A DNA stretch of 64,000 nt, taken from contig JADJKO010000007.1 in the NCBI GenBank assembly GCA_016705955.1, forward strand, positions 128,944 through 192,943, read 5' to 3'. Positions 29,562 through 40,031 of this stretch are shown in pieces. The translations under genes and the position numbers were made by a program. Source of the stretch: Flavobacteriales bacterium (GTDB taxonomy: Bacteria > Bacteroidota > Bacteroidia > Flavobacteriales_F > PHOS-HE28). The notes beneath the pieces were generated by a model that worked only from the letters and a program-made list of their open reading frames with translations, did not search any database and was not told where the DNA came from. Position 1 is the stretch's first letter. Every line of letters starts with the position of its first letter.

Positions 29562-31032
29562 GACGCGAAGATGCGGACCTGAATGCGCACCGCATGCCAA
29601 TGGTACATTGGCCGCCCAAGACCGATCCGTGCTACGCAACATCCTGGAGCACCTCCGCAATGACCTGAAGCGGATCCGGACGAAGGACTCCTTCGCTCGG
29701 AACGTGTTCACCGTATTCAGCGGGAACTCCGTGGTGCTCTTGAGCCAGTTGGCGCTCACACCGCTGATCGCCCGCGTGTACGGCCCGGAGGCCTACGGGA
29801 TCTACGGGCTCTTCTACGCCATCCTGCTGAACATGGCGGCATTCACTGATCTCGGCTACGGATCGGCCTATGTGCTGCCGAAGGAGGACAAGGATTATAT
29901 GCACTTGCTGCGGCTGAACCTCACCCTGCTCGCTGTGGTCGTGGTGCTCGCATTGGGCATGGGTTTGTTGCGGGAGCCCTTGTACACACTCTTCCCGAAC
30001 TGGAGGCCGATGGGAGCATACCTCCTCCTCCTTCCGATCGGATTGCTCGCGTTCGGGCTGATCTACTTCTTCACGAATTCCTTCACCCGTTTCCGGGCGT
30101 TCCGATTGAGCGTGATGCTGGGCAGCACCACCACCATCGCACTGCGTGGATTCAACCTGGGTTACGGCCTGGTCACCCGGGGTGCCATGTACGGTCTGAT
30201 CGTGGGCGAAGTGGTCGTGAACGCCGCGGCAGCAGGAGCATACACGGTGGCCATGCGCCGTCACGGCCTGGGCACCTTGTTCAGCGAGTGGTCCTGGGCG
30301 AGCATACGCCGGATCGCGATGGAGTACAAACGCTATCCGTTGTTCACCTTCCCGGAACGCTGGATCGCGCAGCTGGGGTCACAGCTACCGATCTTCCTGC
30401 TCATCGCGGACCCGGTTGTCGTGGGCCATTTCGCCATCTCCACCGCATTGCTCCTTATTCCATTGCGCTTGCTCGGCTATTCGCTCAACACCGTGTACAT
30501 CCAGAAAGCAGCCGAGACCGTGGATGCGGACCCGGCACTGCTCGGAAGGATCACACTTGGACTCTATCAGCGCCTCTTCTGGATCGGCCTTGTGCCGTTC
30601 ACGGCCATGATGTTCTTCAGCGATGTGGTGTTCGGGTTCATCATGGGTGACGCATGGCGCGGTGCGGGCGTGATCACGGCGTACATGGGCCTCTTCTACT
30701 TCTTCCGGCTCACCTCCGAACCGATGTCCACTTTGTTCTACGCGCAACGCCGGGAACACCGGTTGATGATCTTCCAAGTGATCCTTGCCGCCGCGCGCCT
30801 CGTAGTGTTGCTGGTGATCCTTGCCACAGGAATGGGCGCGGCGAACGGGATACTCGGATTCTCCATCGTGAGTGCGCTGGGATACTTGATCCTCGGCCAT
30901 CTTCTGCTCCAGTCCTCCGGACAGAACGCAGGAAAGCTGACCCTTCGTGCGATCGTGGTCACGACCGCCGCATGTGCCGTTTTCATGGGCCTTCGTTTCC
31001 TGATCATCGGTGATATCTGGCCCACGCTGTGA
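29560..31032 (+). CDS. oligosaccharide flippase (Wzx/MOP superfamily polysaccharide biosynthesis protein)
   Basis: ~12-14 TM helices with polysacc_synt-like topology. It sits in a glycosyltransferase cluster. Start is uncertain: the ATG at 29560 overlaps the divergent rdgB start, and a downstream GTG is possible. Confidence 0.7.
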   Translation: MTRRCGPECAPHANGTLAAQDRSVLRNILEHLRNDLKRIRTKDSFARNVFTVFSGNSVVLLSQLALTPLIARVYGPEAYGIYGLFYAILLNMAAFTDLGYGSAYVLPKEDKDYMHLLRLNLTLLAVVVVLALGMGLLREPLYTLFPNWRPMGAYLLLLPIGLLAFGLIYFFTNSFTRFRAFRLSVMLGSTTTIALRGFNLGYGLVTRGAMYGLIVGEVVVNAAAAGAYTVAMRRHGLGTLFSEWSWASIRRIAMEYKRYPLFTFPERWIAQLGSQLPIFLLIADPVVVGHFAISTALLLIPLRLLGYSLNTVYIQKAAETVDADPALLGRITLGLYQRLFWIGLVPFTAMMFFSDVVFGFIMGDAWRGAGVITAYMGLFYFFRLTSEPMSTLFYAQRREHRLMIFQVILAAARLVVLLVILATGMGAANGILGFSIVSALGYLILGHLLLQSSGQNAGKLTLRAIVVTTAACAVFMGLRFLIIGDIWPTL

Positions 31033-32168
31033 TGAATGTCCTGCACATCGCGGCTTGGTATCCGAATACATGGCTCCCGCACGAAGCACCCTTCGTGAAG
31101 CGGCATGTGGAGTGCCTCGCGCCACGGGCACACAACCAAGTTTGGCACATCGACCTTCGCACTGGCGAGCGATGGCGATCCACGCGGAAGAGCCCGGTCG
31201 CGGACCGGACCTGGCTGGTGGCCACGCCGCTTCGCATCTGGTTCGTGATCGAATGGCTGGCGACCCTGATGATCATCTGGTCGTGGTGGACCCGTGATCG
31301 CCGCGAACCGGTTGATGTGGTGAACTTCCACATCGCTTATCCTAACTGCACCCGGATCCGATTGCTGCGTGTGCTCATGCGCCGTCCCATGGTGATCACC
31401 GAACATTACAGCGCGTACCGGATCGGGTACAACGTGAAGAGTAACGGCGCCAAGCGGATCCGCAGGATCTTCCACGCCGATGTGCCGGTGATCGCGGTTT
31501 CGAAGGCCCTTGCGCGGGACATCACCGCCTTTGCCGGCCCTCCGGCACCGATCATTCACATCGTGGACAACGCGGTCGAAACATCTCTCTTCCGTCCAGA
31601 CCCGAACGTGATCCATGAGGAGGGTCGCTTTTTCGCGATAGCCGGTTGGCGTAGCCCGAAGCGACCCGATCTCTTGTTGGAGGCTCTTGCCCGCGTGCGC
31701 GCCGAAGGCCGCAACGCCCGGCTGCGGATGGCGGGGACAGGGCCGATGGACGCCGAAGTGCGGGAAATGATCGATCGTCTTGGGCTTTCCGCCCATGTCG
31801 ATCTCTTGGGCCAGCTTTCTCCGGCCGAGGTTGCGGATGAAATGCGGCGGGCACATGCGTTGGTGCATGCGGCGGACTACGAGACGTACTCCGCGGTTTG
31901 TGCAGAGGCCTTGTGCAGTGGTACACCGGTGATCGCATCGGCGGTTGGCGGGATCACGGAGTACATGGATGCCACGCGCGGCGCGTTGGTGATGAATGCC
32001 ACAGCAGAGGCTTGGGCGGATGTCTGGATCGGCGCATGGGACCACTGTCTTGGGATCGATCGCGTGGCATTGAGCGCTGGAATGATCGCGCGCGCCGGGA
32101 CCGAAGCAGTGGGCGAGCGCTATGCCGCCGTGCTGCGCTCCCTCCTACCCGGTAGCCCGAATGGTTGA
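31029..32168 (+). CDS. glycosyltransferase family 4 (GT-B fold)
   Basis: C-terminal GT1/GT4 motif (ETYSAVCAEALCSGTPVIASAVGG). ATGA overlap with the flippase. Confidence 0.75.
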   Translation: MMNVLHIAAWYPNTWLPHEAPFVKRHVECLAPRAHNQVWHIDLRTGERWRSTRKSPVADRTWLVATPLRIWFVIEWLATLMIIWSWWTRDRREPVDVVNFHIAYPNCTRIRLLRVLMRRPMVITEHYSAYRIGYNVKSNGAKRIRRIFHADVPVIAVSKALARDITAFAGPPAPIIHIVDNAVETSLFRPDPNVIHEEGRFFAIAGWRSPKRPDLLLEALARVRAEGRNARLRMAGTGPMDAEVREMIDRLGLSAHVDLLGQLSPAEVADEMRRAHALVHAADYETYSAVCAEALCSGTPVIASAVGGITEYMDATRGALVMNATAEAWADVWIGAWDHCLGIDRVALSAGMIARAGTEAVGERYAAVLRSLLPGSPNG

Positions 32169-32174
32169 TCATCT

Positions 32175-33293
32175 TTGGCGCGAGGTTCCTTGATCATGGA
32201 ACACGAGCCTATGGAATTGCGAGGCAAGCGCATCCTGTTGTTCAGTCCTGAGCCCTGGGAAGGACTGCACATGAGTAAGCATCACCTGTCACAGGCGCTC
32301 GCAGCGCGAGGCAATTCAGTCTACTTCCTCGATCCCCCTCGACCGGGCAACACCGGCTTCTCCTCGGAGGAAAAGAACGGTGTTACCGTTCTCCGTTACA
32401 AACACTGGCTGCGTGGTGTGAACCGCTTGCCGACGGCGATCAACAGGTGGTACTACAAACGTCTCATCCGGTCCTTGGCCCAGCGGACCGGAGGTCCATT
32501 CGATATCATCTGGTGCTTCGACACGAGCCGGATGCAAGCCTTCCCAGAGGGAGTCGGGATGAAGCTCTTGCACTTGGCTGATTACGATATCCTGTACACC
32601 GGCCAAGGATTGATCCCGACAGCGGATCTGGTGTTGACCACCTGCCAAGTGGTGGCGGATGAGGTGGCACCACGCGCAACGGCGCAGGTGTTGAACGTGG
32701 GGCACGCGCTTGATGCACGCTGGTTGGTCGGCATCGACACCCTTGCGGAACGCGACGCGCGCCCGGTTCGCAACATGGTCTTTTCCGGCCAGCTCGCGAA
32801 TTCATACAACGACTGGGAGGGTTTTCTTGAACTCGCTTCATCACATCCGGAACTGCAATTCACATTCATCGGTCCATTCGACCCCGGATTCCCGGAACCC
32901 GCTTTCCATGCCTTGCGGAAACTGGAGAATGTCCGGTTCGCGGGATTGGTGGGAAAGGATGAGTTGGTCCCATTGGTACGTGAAGCGGACATGCTGTTCT
33001 TCGGTTTCCGCAGCGCACAGCGGGCTAAGGAGCGCGCAAATCCGCACAAAGTCTTGGAGTACCTGAGCACAGGCAATGTCATCGTGGGGTCCTATACCAT
33101 GGAGTACAAGGACGGGAACGATCTTTTCACCATGGCGCCTGAAGGTGGTAACCTGCGAGAAGCATTCGACCGTGCGTTGCATGATCATGCTGCATTGAAC
33201 ACCAAGGAACAGCGTGCGCATCGGATCGCCTTTGCCCGATCACGCACCATGAACGATCTGATCGGCCGGATCGAAAAGGCAGTGGCCCGCTAG
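32175..33293 (+). CDS. glycosyltransferase-like protein (GT-B fold, family uncertain)
   Basis: Size, context and weak GT1-type C-terminal features. The start could be at 32196 or 32211. Confidence 0.55.
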   Translation: MARGSLIMEHEPMELRGKRILLFSPEPWEGLHMSKHHLSQALAARGNSVYFLDPPRPGNTGFSSEEKNGVTVLRYKHWLRGVNRLPTAINRWYYKRLIRSLAQRTGGPFDIIWCFDTSRMQAFPEGVGMKLLHLADYDILYTGQGLIPTADLVLTTCQVVADEVAPRATAQVLNVGHALDARWLVGIDTLAERDARPVRNMVFSGQLANSYNDWEGFLELASSHPELQFTFIGPFDPGFPEPAFHALRKLENVRFAGLVGKDELVPLVREADMLFFGFRSAQRAKERANPHKVLEYLSTGNVIVGSYTMEYKDGNDLFTMAPEGGNLREAFDRALHDHAALNTKEQRAHRIAFARSRTMNDLIGRIEKAVAR

Positions 33294-33296
33294 CGG

Positions 33297-34133
33297 ATGG
33301 AACCCCTCGTTTCGATCATCATGCCCGCCTACAATGCGGAGAAATACATCGGCGAGGCCATCCGATCCGTGCTGGCGCAGAAGTATTCGAATTGGGAATT
33401 GCTGATCGTGAACGATGGCAGTACGGACGGCACAGGCAAGGTGATCGCTTCATTCACCGATCCCCGCATCCGGTTGTTCAACAAAGCGAACGGGGGGATC
33501 GGCAGTGCGCGTAACGTAGCGCTGGATCACATGCAAGGTGAGTTCATGTGTGGGCTGGATGCCGACGATGTACTTCCCACCGCAAGCCTGTCTAGCCGGG
33601 TGCCACTGTTGGTCGCAGACCCCACCTTGGACATTGTGGATGGTACGGTGTTGTTCAAGGACGCGGATCTGGAGAGCATCATACGCACGTTCAAACCGCG
33701 GCTCCGCGGGGACCCGTTCCCTGAATTGCTCGCGTTGAACGAGAACTGTTTCATGGGCTTCAGCTGGCTGGTGCGTTGGCCGAAGGACCAGACCATTCGC
33801 TTTACCACGGATGTTACGCACGGAGAAGACCTGTGCTTCTACCTGGGCTACGCCCCCGGGAAGAAATACGCATTCGTGGACGACGACGTGTTGCATTACC
33901 GCCGCACTGGGCATACGGTGATGTCCAATCTTGATGGTCTGGCACGTTCCTACGGGTACATCCATGCATGGATCACCCACCAAGGCATTGCCACATCGGC
34001 TGAACTGTACCGGTTCCGCGAACACTCACGCATGGTGATGGTGCGCAGCTATTTACAGATCTTCCGATTCCGGCGCGCGTATCAGACATGGGCGGACAGA
34101 GGACCGTTCGGTGATCCCTATCCCCTTCTCTGA
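33297..34133 (+). CDS. glycosyltransferase family 2
   Basis: VSIIMPAYNAEKYIGEAIRSVLAQ N-terminus and DxD (LDADD), typical of GT2. Confidence 0.8.
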   Translation: MEPLVSIIMPAYNAEKYIGEAIRSVLAQKYSNWELLIVNDGSTDGTGKVIASFTDPRIRLFNKANGGIGSARNVALDHMQGEFMCGLDADDVLPTASLSSRVPLLVADPTLDIVDGTVLFKDADLESIIRTFKPRLRGDPFPELLALNENCFMGFSWLVRWPKDQTIRFTTDVTHGEDLCFYLGYAPGKKYAFVDDDVLHYRRTGHTVMSNLDGLARSYGYIHAWITHQGIATSAELYRFREHSRMVMVRSYLQIFRFRRAYQTWADRGPFGDPYPLL

Positions 34134-35086
34134 AGCGAACGCCATGTGCGCTCCAATCCGCTTCTGAGCGGAACCTTGGGAGTGATCCCCCATGACCGCT
34201 GGAGCAGTCCCGGATCGAGGACGTTCCATGGCAAGTCCGGTGAATTCTTCCCCGGTGAATGCACCGGGACCGTTACGCCGGTGATCTCGAACATATGCGA
34301 CAACAACTCCGAAAGCGATGTGCCGATACCGGTTCCGACGTTGAATGTGGAGGCCTGGACCGGCTTCGACATGGCGGCTATAAGCACGTCCACAATGTCG
34401 TCGATGTGGAGATAGTCACGGGTTACGTCCAACCCATGCCATGCATCGATGGCCCGCCCCGCAGCGATGCTACCGAACCAATGCTCCACCACACCCTGTT
34501 GTTTGGTGGGTCCGCTCGGGTCGCCGTACAGATTCGATGGGCGAAGGATCACCTGCTCGAACCCGTGATACTCGGCGCGTTCACGGAGGTATTGCTCGAA
34601 GCAGACCTTCCCGCACGCGTAGGCATTCGTCGGGTCGACCGGAACATCCTCCGTAATGGGCGCCCCTGTCCGTGAACCGTACACCGTTCCCCCGGAGGAG
34701 AGGAATACGAACCGACGGACCCCTGCATTCGATATGCCATTGAGCAGGCGTAAACCTCCCTCCACGTTCTCGCGAACATCGCGTGCCGGATCCTGCGCGG
34801 CGATCCGCGGAACCGATGACCACGCCAGATGGAAGAAGACATCGGCACCAAGTACCATGCTCTCCAGTCCCAAATCGTCCCATCCATCCACACGGTGGAC
34901 CTCCAGATCGGGATGGACCTCTTTCAACAGGACCAGTGAGGCGGGTTTGTGTACCAAGGCAACGATGGATACATCCGTTGGAACTTGATCGACAACTGGC
35001 GTTCCATCAGCCGCGCGGCCATGCAACAGGCGTTCCAAGAGCATCCGCCCAACGAATCCGCTCGCACCGCTGATCACTATGCGCAT
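34118..35086 (-). CDS. NAD-dependent epimerase/dehydratase (extended SDR)
   Basis: Rossmann motif ISGASGFVG and catalytic YACGK. Confidence 0.8.
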   Translation of the reverse strand: MRIVISGASGFVGRMLLERLLHGRAADGTPVVDQVPTDVSIVALVHKPASLVLLKEVHPDLEVHRVDGWDDLGLESMVLGADVFFHLAWSSVPRIAAQDPARDVRENVEGGLRLLNGISNAGVRRFVFLSSGGTVYGSRTGAPITEDVPVDPTNAYACGKVCFEQYLRERAEYHGFEQVILRPSNLYGDPSGPTKQQGVVEHWFGSIAAGRAIDAWHGLDVTRDYLHIDDIVDVLIAAMSKPVQASTFNVGTGIGTSLSELLSHMFEITGVTVPVHSPGKNSPDLPWNVLDPGLLQRSWGITPKVPLRSGLERTWRSLQRRG

Positions 35087-36312
35087 GGCAGCAAGGCTCT
35101 TATCCGTTCCACCATCAAACCTGAATCGCGATACCGGAAGGCGGTATCCATGCAGCGTCGTCGAAGGCCATCCCGGTCCTCATCCATCATCTTCTCCAGG
35201 TATGACGCGACGAACATGGCCTCTTCCGGCACCAGGTCCTTGACCACGATCCCGACGCCCTCGGCTGTTGCGATGGCATGATCATCCGAAACGCCATGAG
35301 GAATGAGGATCGGTAACCCTGCGGCCCAATAGTGTGCTGTTTTCACCGGTGTCCGATAGGCCTGCGAAGGTGTTGGAGGGATCGCCACTGCGCCGATATC
35401 CGCAGCGGACAAATGTGCATGAAGTGCATTCGACCCAACAGGGCCACGTACCGTGATCCGGTCCTGGTTCAACATCCGGATCGGGTGATCCATGATCAAC
35501 TCCTTTTCCACTTGTCCTGTTATGATATAGGCCCGAACGCGGGTGTTCGCCGCGAACAGCGCATTGAGGAAGCGCAAATAGTCATCAATGGAATGATAGA
35601 TGCCGCCGAACTTACCCACATAGGCCAGCACGATGGAATCTCCGAAGCCCAACTCCAGGCGCAAGCGTTCCCTTGCCTGCGGATCGAAGAGGTTGGTGTT
35701 CACATCGATGGTGATCGCCTGTTGCACCACACGGCCCATCGAACGTTCCGAACGCACGAGTTCCTTCACCGCCGATGTGGGCACCACCAGCGCATCGAGA
35801 TCGCGCATCTGCCTGCGTTCGAGCCAACCGACCACCCGGGCTTTCAAGGATCCTTTCCCCCATGCGCCCAGTTCGATCATGTAACGGCTGTGAGGTTCGA
35901 AGCAGATCACCATCGCGCGGCCGAAGCCCAGCCATTGGGCCAACAATGCATAGGTGCCGCCGAAAGAAAGGAAACCGATCAAGCGGCAGATGCGCTTCCC
36001 GCGCACATACTTGCGCGTCCGGTTCAACATACGAAGGACATTGCGCACCTTCTGGACCCATTGAGCACCGCGCACATCGTAATACAGCGGACTCCATTGG
36101 ATCCCCGACAACTGGAGATCTTCACGTATGCCGGATGGTATCGTTGCGTCAGGAGGCTCCTCAGTGAAAAAGAGACAGCTGCGGATATCGCCTGCTGCGA
36201 TGGATCTCCGCACGTAGTCCAGGATGAGGGTTGCGACCAGAGGATCCGAAAGACCATGCTGGCAGAAGACCACTGTGTCCACGGCGCGTTCCTTGGCGTC
36301 GATCGCATTCAT
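35077..36312 (-). CDS. glycosyltransferase family 4
   Basis: GT-B C-terminal domain (KTAHYWAAGLPILI). Start chosen at MNAIDAK. The longer ORF to 36732 overlaps the neighbouring gene and lacks homology. Confidence 0.65.
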   Translation of the reverse strand: MNAIDAKERAVDTVVFCQHGLSDPLVATLILDYVRRSIAAGDIRSCLFFTEEPPDATIPSGIREDLQLSGIQWSPLYYDVRGAQWVQKVRNVLRMLNRTRKYVRGKRICRLIGFLSFGGTYALLAQWLGFGRAMVICFEPHSRYMIELGAWGKGSLKARVVGWLERRQMRDLDALVVPTSAVKELVRSERSMGRVVQQAITIDVNTNLFDPQARERLRLELGFGDSIVLAYVGKFGGIYHSIDDYLRFLNALFAANTRVRAYIITGQVEKELIMDHPIRMLNQDRITVRGPVGSNALHAHLSAADIGAVAIPPTPSQAYRTPVKTAHYWAAGLPILIPHGVSDDHAIATAEGVGIVVKDLVPEEAMFVASYLEKMMDEDRDGLRRRCMDTAFRYRDSGLMVERIRALLPCA

Positions 36313-36338
36313 CGTGCCTGCACTGCCCGAGTCCCGTC

Positions 36339-37856
36339 TCATACACGAACGTTCCTTTCCGGTTGTGCCGATCGGTATCGTTCGCCTCCGGCTCCAGCTC
36401 GTGTCGTTCGTTCGAAAGAAGGGCCTTGTTGAGCGGCTCTTGGTTCGCCGTTGCGAAAGAGATGGAGGTCGAACGGTGCTCCACCGTGGATGCTCTTCAA
36501 GCGGTGTTTGTTCAACAGGTCGATCATGTAAAGGCAAGCCACGAACATGGGGACCAAGGGGATCTTGAATCGCACCAGAGCTCCGAAGTTCGGGGTGGAG
36601 ATCCCGATGGAGAATCCGAACAGGATAACAAAGCCGAAGCACATGAGCACGATCGGGTTCCCGAGTACAGCGCGCAGGAAGAACGTCACCTGCGTTCGAA
36701 AGAGCAACACGAGGCTGAATCCCAGCAACCAAGCGTTCTCCAGTGCGCTGAGCACCATCACGATGGAATTACTTTCCCACAGATAAGGTCTGAACAGCGC
36801 CGCGTTTGTCGCCACCGGGAATTTGGCGAGCAATCCGCCGATGGTACCGTCGATCGTGCCCACGTCGAATCGATTACTGCCATATTGGTCCACACGCACC
36901 ATATCCTGTTGGGTGATCTGGATCGTCTCGATGGCTGAATCCAGTGAGAACTTCCCCAGGTTATCCCCCAGCTTGGAAAGCAGGAACATGGAAGCTCCTC
37001 CCATGAGGACGACCGCCATCGGAACAAGCACGAACTTCACCATGGTGCTGCGTATGCGAGAGATCTGCGCATATAGCAGCCATAGGATCGACATCGGCAG
37101 CAAGGCCATGAAGATGTACGGCTTCATCATCAGCAGGAGATACATGCTCAGCAAAAGGCCAAGCACGTTGAATGGGATCCTTCTCCGTTTGAAGAAGACC
37201 TGATCCGTACAATGCACCCACCAACACGCAGCGCTCAGGGTCATCGTGTCCTTCATGATGGCGGAACCCCAGAAGATCACGGACGGCATGTACAGGAAAG
37301 CGATGGCGAGTTTGTTCGTCAATGAAGGGAAGTAACTCACGAACGTCCGGTAGCAGCGCCATATACCGATGTACGAGATACTTGCCAGGATCAGCGTGGT
37401 GAGCAAGTAACTGTGGAAGGTCAACATGACCAATGGGCTGATGATCCGGATCAGGAAGAACGACCGCGCATCATAATACACATGGCTGAACGGATAGCCG
37501 ATGTTGTCATTGAAGACCGAAAGGTGTTGCCAGTCGTTATCACCGAACAATACCCAGAAATAAGTGCTGGGGTCCTGCTCCGCAAGCCGCGCCATGGAAA
37601 CCGCTGAATAGAAATACGCGATCGTATCCCCACCTTCGTAGTAGTAGAAGTAGATGAGGCTGAAGGCCACCCCGCCCACCACCTTCGCTAGCAATCCCCA
37701 CACGTAGTGCTTGTACTCCGGGTGTTGTTTGATCATCACGCTCTTCTCACGAGCGAAGACCGCGAAGAGTACCACTAGGCATACCAGTCCCATGGCCCAT
37801 TCCCAATAGGCAATATCGACGTATCCGTGGTAATAGACCCAGAGTAGGGACATGGG
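36339..37856 (-). CDS. polytopic membrane protein, possible polysaccharide polymerase (Wzy/EpsG-like)
   Basis: More than 10 predicted TM helices with aromatic-rich loops, inside a glycan locus. The family assignment is tentative. Confidence 0.45.
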   Translation of the reverse strand, partial: PMSLLWVYYHGYVDIAYWEWAMGLVCLVVLFAVFAREKSVMIKQHPEYKHYVWGLLAKVVGGVAFSLIYFYYYEGGDTIAYFYSAVSMARLAEQDPSTYFWVLFGDNDWQHLSVFNDNIGYPFSHVYYDARSFFLIRIISPLVMLTFHSYLLTTLILASISYIGIWRCYRTFVSYFPSLTNKLAIAFLYMPSVIFWGSAIMKDTMTLSAACWWVHCTDQVFFKRRRIPFNVLGLLLSMYLLLMMKPYIFMALLPMSILWLLYAQISRIRSTMVKFVLVPMAVVLMGGASMFLLSKLGDNLGKFSLDSAIETIQITQQDMVRVDQYGSNRFDVGTIDGTIGGLLAKFPVATNAALFRPYLWESNSIVMVLSALENAWLLGFSLVLLFRTQVTFFLRAVLGNPIVLMCFGFVILFGFSIGISTPNFGALVRFKIPLVPMFVACLYMIDLLNKHRLKSIHGGAPFDLHLFRNGEPRAAQQGPSFERTTRAGAGGERYRSAQPERNVRV

Positions 37857-37960
37857 GCCAAAGGTCGTTAACGAAGGTTCAGCCTTCTCTGTGATCACCA
37901 CAAGGACAGCGATGTGAAGGCAGGGTTGCCCCAACTTCGCAGCCGATCGATCCGGTCAAG

Positions 37961-39088
37961 TTGTATTCCATGCTCAGGCGTTTCCTCTCAGGTGTTCGGT
38001 GGTACGTGGTGAATATGTGGCATTGGTGTGTCACGCATCGCCGCGTGGGATCAGCAGGATCCAAAGTGGTGTACCTGGATCTGCGTGAGAACCTGTGGCA
38101 CCGGTATCTGCACATCCTGGTGTTGTTCCTGATGGACCAGGGATACACCGTCCACCTCCGGCATCGCTGGCGGTTCATCGCGTCGTGGGCATCCCACGAC
38201 CTCTTCCGACGAAGTGGAAGTTTCCGGTTGTATTGCTTGCGAGAACCCGATCCGGGAGCTTGGCTTATCACGGACCGATGCACATCCCGGAACCACACGC
38301 TGATCGATGTGGACGCCTTCCGGATCCCGGGAGAGGATGGTCAAGGTCTGTATGTCCCCATGCCGATGGTGGATACGCGGTACATCCTTGGGTTACTTAA
38401 AATGCCATTGCCGGAAGCAGGACCGGACCGCCAACGAAAGGTCTTCTTCTTCGGGAACATGGATCGCCTCGCTTATACCCGCGAGGAACCGAGCACCGTG
38501 TTCGGGTGCTTCCGTCGCGCCGAGTTGATGGACATCATCCAGCGGCGCTTCGCTGATCACATCCACCGGCCGGACACCGTCGCAGCGATCATGGCGGATA
38601 CGGAGCGTTATATCGTACTGATGGACCGGCACCGTGAGTACATCAGGCCGAAGGATCTGAATGGTGTCCTAGCGCGCTTCGACTTCTTCCTAGCGCCGAG
38701 CGGTGTGGTGATGCCCCTGTGCCACAACATGATCGAAGCGATGTTCGCTGGGTGCATTCCGATCCTGCAGCACGCACATCTCTTGGAGCCACCATTGCAC
38801 GATGGCATCGAGTGCCTTTCATTCCGTGATGAAGAGGGTCTTGTCAGCACATTGGAACGGATCCGGTCGTTGGATCCCGCGACGATCAAGGCCATGCGCT
38901 CGGCGGTTCTTGAGTATTGCTCCAAGTACCTCACACCGACAGCGGTGATCGGCTCGCTCGAAAAATTGCGCGAGAACGCCGGCCCGATCCACTTGAACGG
39001 TGAGTTGGCCAGCGTCGAGCGGCTTCGTACGCGACTTGATGAACAGGGTATTGAAGGTCCTCTCCCCTTCCCGGCGCGGGGTCAATGA
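37961..39088 (+). CDS. hypothetical protein with degenerate GT-B glycosyltransferase C-terminal domain
   Basis: Segment VVMPLCHNMIEAMFAGCIPIL resembles the GT1 C-terminal motif but lacks the EX7E residues. Context is a glycan locus. Confidence 0.4.
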   Translation: MYSMLRRFLSGVRWYVVNMWHWCVTHRRVGSAGSKVVYLDLRENLWHRYLHILVLFLMDQGYTVHLRHRWRFIASWASHDLFRRSGSFRLYCLREPDPGAWLITDRCTSRNHTLIDVDAFRIPGEDGQGLYVPMPMVDTRYILGLLKMPLPEAGPDRQRKVFFFGNMDRLAYTREEPSTVFGCFRRAELMDIIQRRFADHIHRPDTVAAIMADTERYIVLMDRHREYIRPKDLNGVLARFDFFLAPSGVVMPLCHNMIEAMFAGCIPILQHAHLLEPPLHDGIECLSFRDEEGLVSTLERIRSLDPATIKAMRSAVLEYCSKYLTPTAVIGSLEKLRENAGPIHLNGELASVERLRTRLDEQGIEGPLPFPARGQ

Positions 39089-39543
39089 TGATAGGGCAAC
39101 CGGTTCAGCACCGTGAACGCCCGGTATAGTTGTTCCGCAAGGATCACACGGACCAGTTGATGCGGAAACGTCATGGACGATAGGCCAAGTACCAGATCAG
39201 CACGTTGTCGCACGGCGTCGTTGAGTCCATAAGCGCCTCCCACCAGGATAGCGAGTTGGCGAACACCTTGATCCCTCCACGTCCCGATCCTGTTCGCGAA
39301 GGCGACGGTGCTCAGTTGTACGCCGGTCTCATCCAGCACGATCACACGCTCGCCGGGTTGAAGAGCGGCGATCAGCCGTGTGCTCTCCGTCTCGCGCTGT
39401 CTGGATGGGTCAGCGCCGACCGCTTCCGGCACCACGACCAATTCAATGGTGGCGAAGCGCTGCGTGCGGTCCACGTACTCGGACAATAGATCGGCCACGG
39501 GTCCGCGTGCGGTCTTGCCTACGAACAGGATCCTGATCCTCAT
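39082..39543 (-). CDS. rlmH: 23S rRNA (pseudouridine1915-N3)-methyltransferase
   Basis: SPOUT RlmH signature (MRIRILFVGK ... ILVGGAYGL ... SSMTFPHQL); 153 aa. Confidence 0.85.
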   Translation of the reverse strand: MRIRILFVGKTARGPVADLLSEYVDRTQRFATIELVVVPEAVGADPSRQRETESTRLIAALQPGERVIVLDETGVQLSTVAFANRIGTWRDQGVRQLAILVGGAYGLNDAVRQRADLVLGLSSMTFPHQLVRVILAEQLYRAFTVLNRLPYHH

Positions 39544-39630
39544 GTGTGCGATCGTGTTGGTAAGTCGGTGGCTTCCGATGGTTCCTGGTGGCCCGGTATT
39601 TGCCAAATTTCGGCACAAATGATCCGACCC

Positions 39631-40029
39631 ATGATCCGCATCCTCCTGCCCATTACCGCCATGCTCTTCGCCACGGGCCTATTCAGTCAGGATGTCGTGA
39701 AGGACCAAGTGGTGGAAGCCCTGCGATCAGGGAATTCAAAAGACCTCTCCGCCTTGTTCATTGCGAACATCGACCTGACGGTGAAGGAAACGGCCGATGT
39801 GTACAGCAAGGCCCAAGCCGAGCAGATCCTCCGCAAGTTCTTCAACGATCATCCACCGGTCGGCATGGTGATCGAGCACAGCGGTGTGAGCAAGAGTGGC
39901 GACAAGTATTTCATCGGGATCCTGCGCACCACCACCGGATACTTCCGCACCACCTTCTTCCTGAAGCGTGTGGATGAGAGCTTCCAGGTGAAGCAGTTGC
40001 GGATCGAGACCAGCAAGAACGACTTCTGA
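39631..40029 (+). CDS. DUF4783-family secreted protein (Bacteroidota-specific)
   Basis: Signal peptide and a conserved ~110-aa domain. It lies immediately upstream of nadC, as is typical for DUF4783. Confidence 0.6.
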   Translation: MIRILLPITAMLFATGLFSQDVVKDQVVEALRSGNSKDLSALFIANIDLTVKETADVYSKAQAEQILRKFFNDHPPVGMVIEHSGVSKSGDKYFIGILRTTTGYFRTTFFLKRVDESFQVKQLRIETSKNDF

Positions 40030-40031
40030 TC

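Noticed and set aside
36312-36732. The 140-codon N-terminal extension of the glycosyltransferase ORF at 35077, and similar extensions at 51164 and 23884.
   Set aside because: The extensions are Arg/Pro-rich and overlap the upstream gene. Internal Met codons immediately before conserved N-termini or signal peptides give gene lengths that fit the families.
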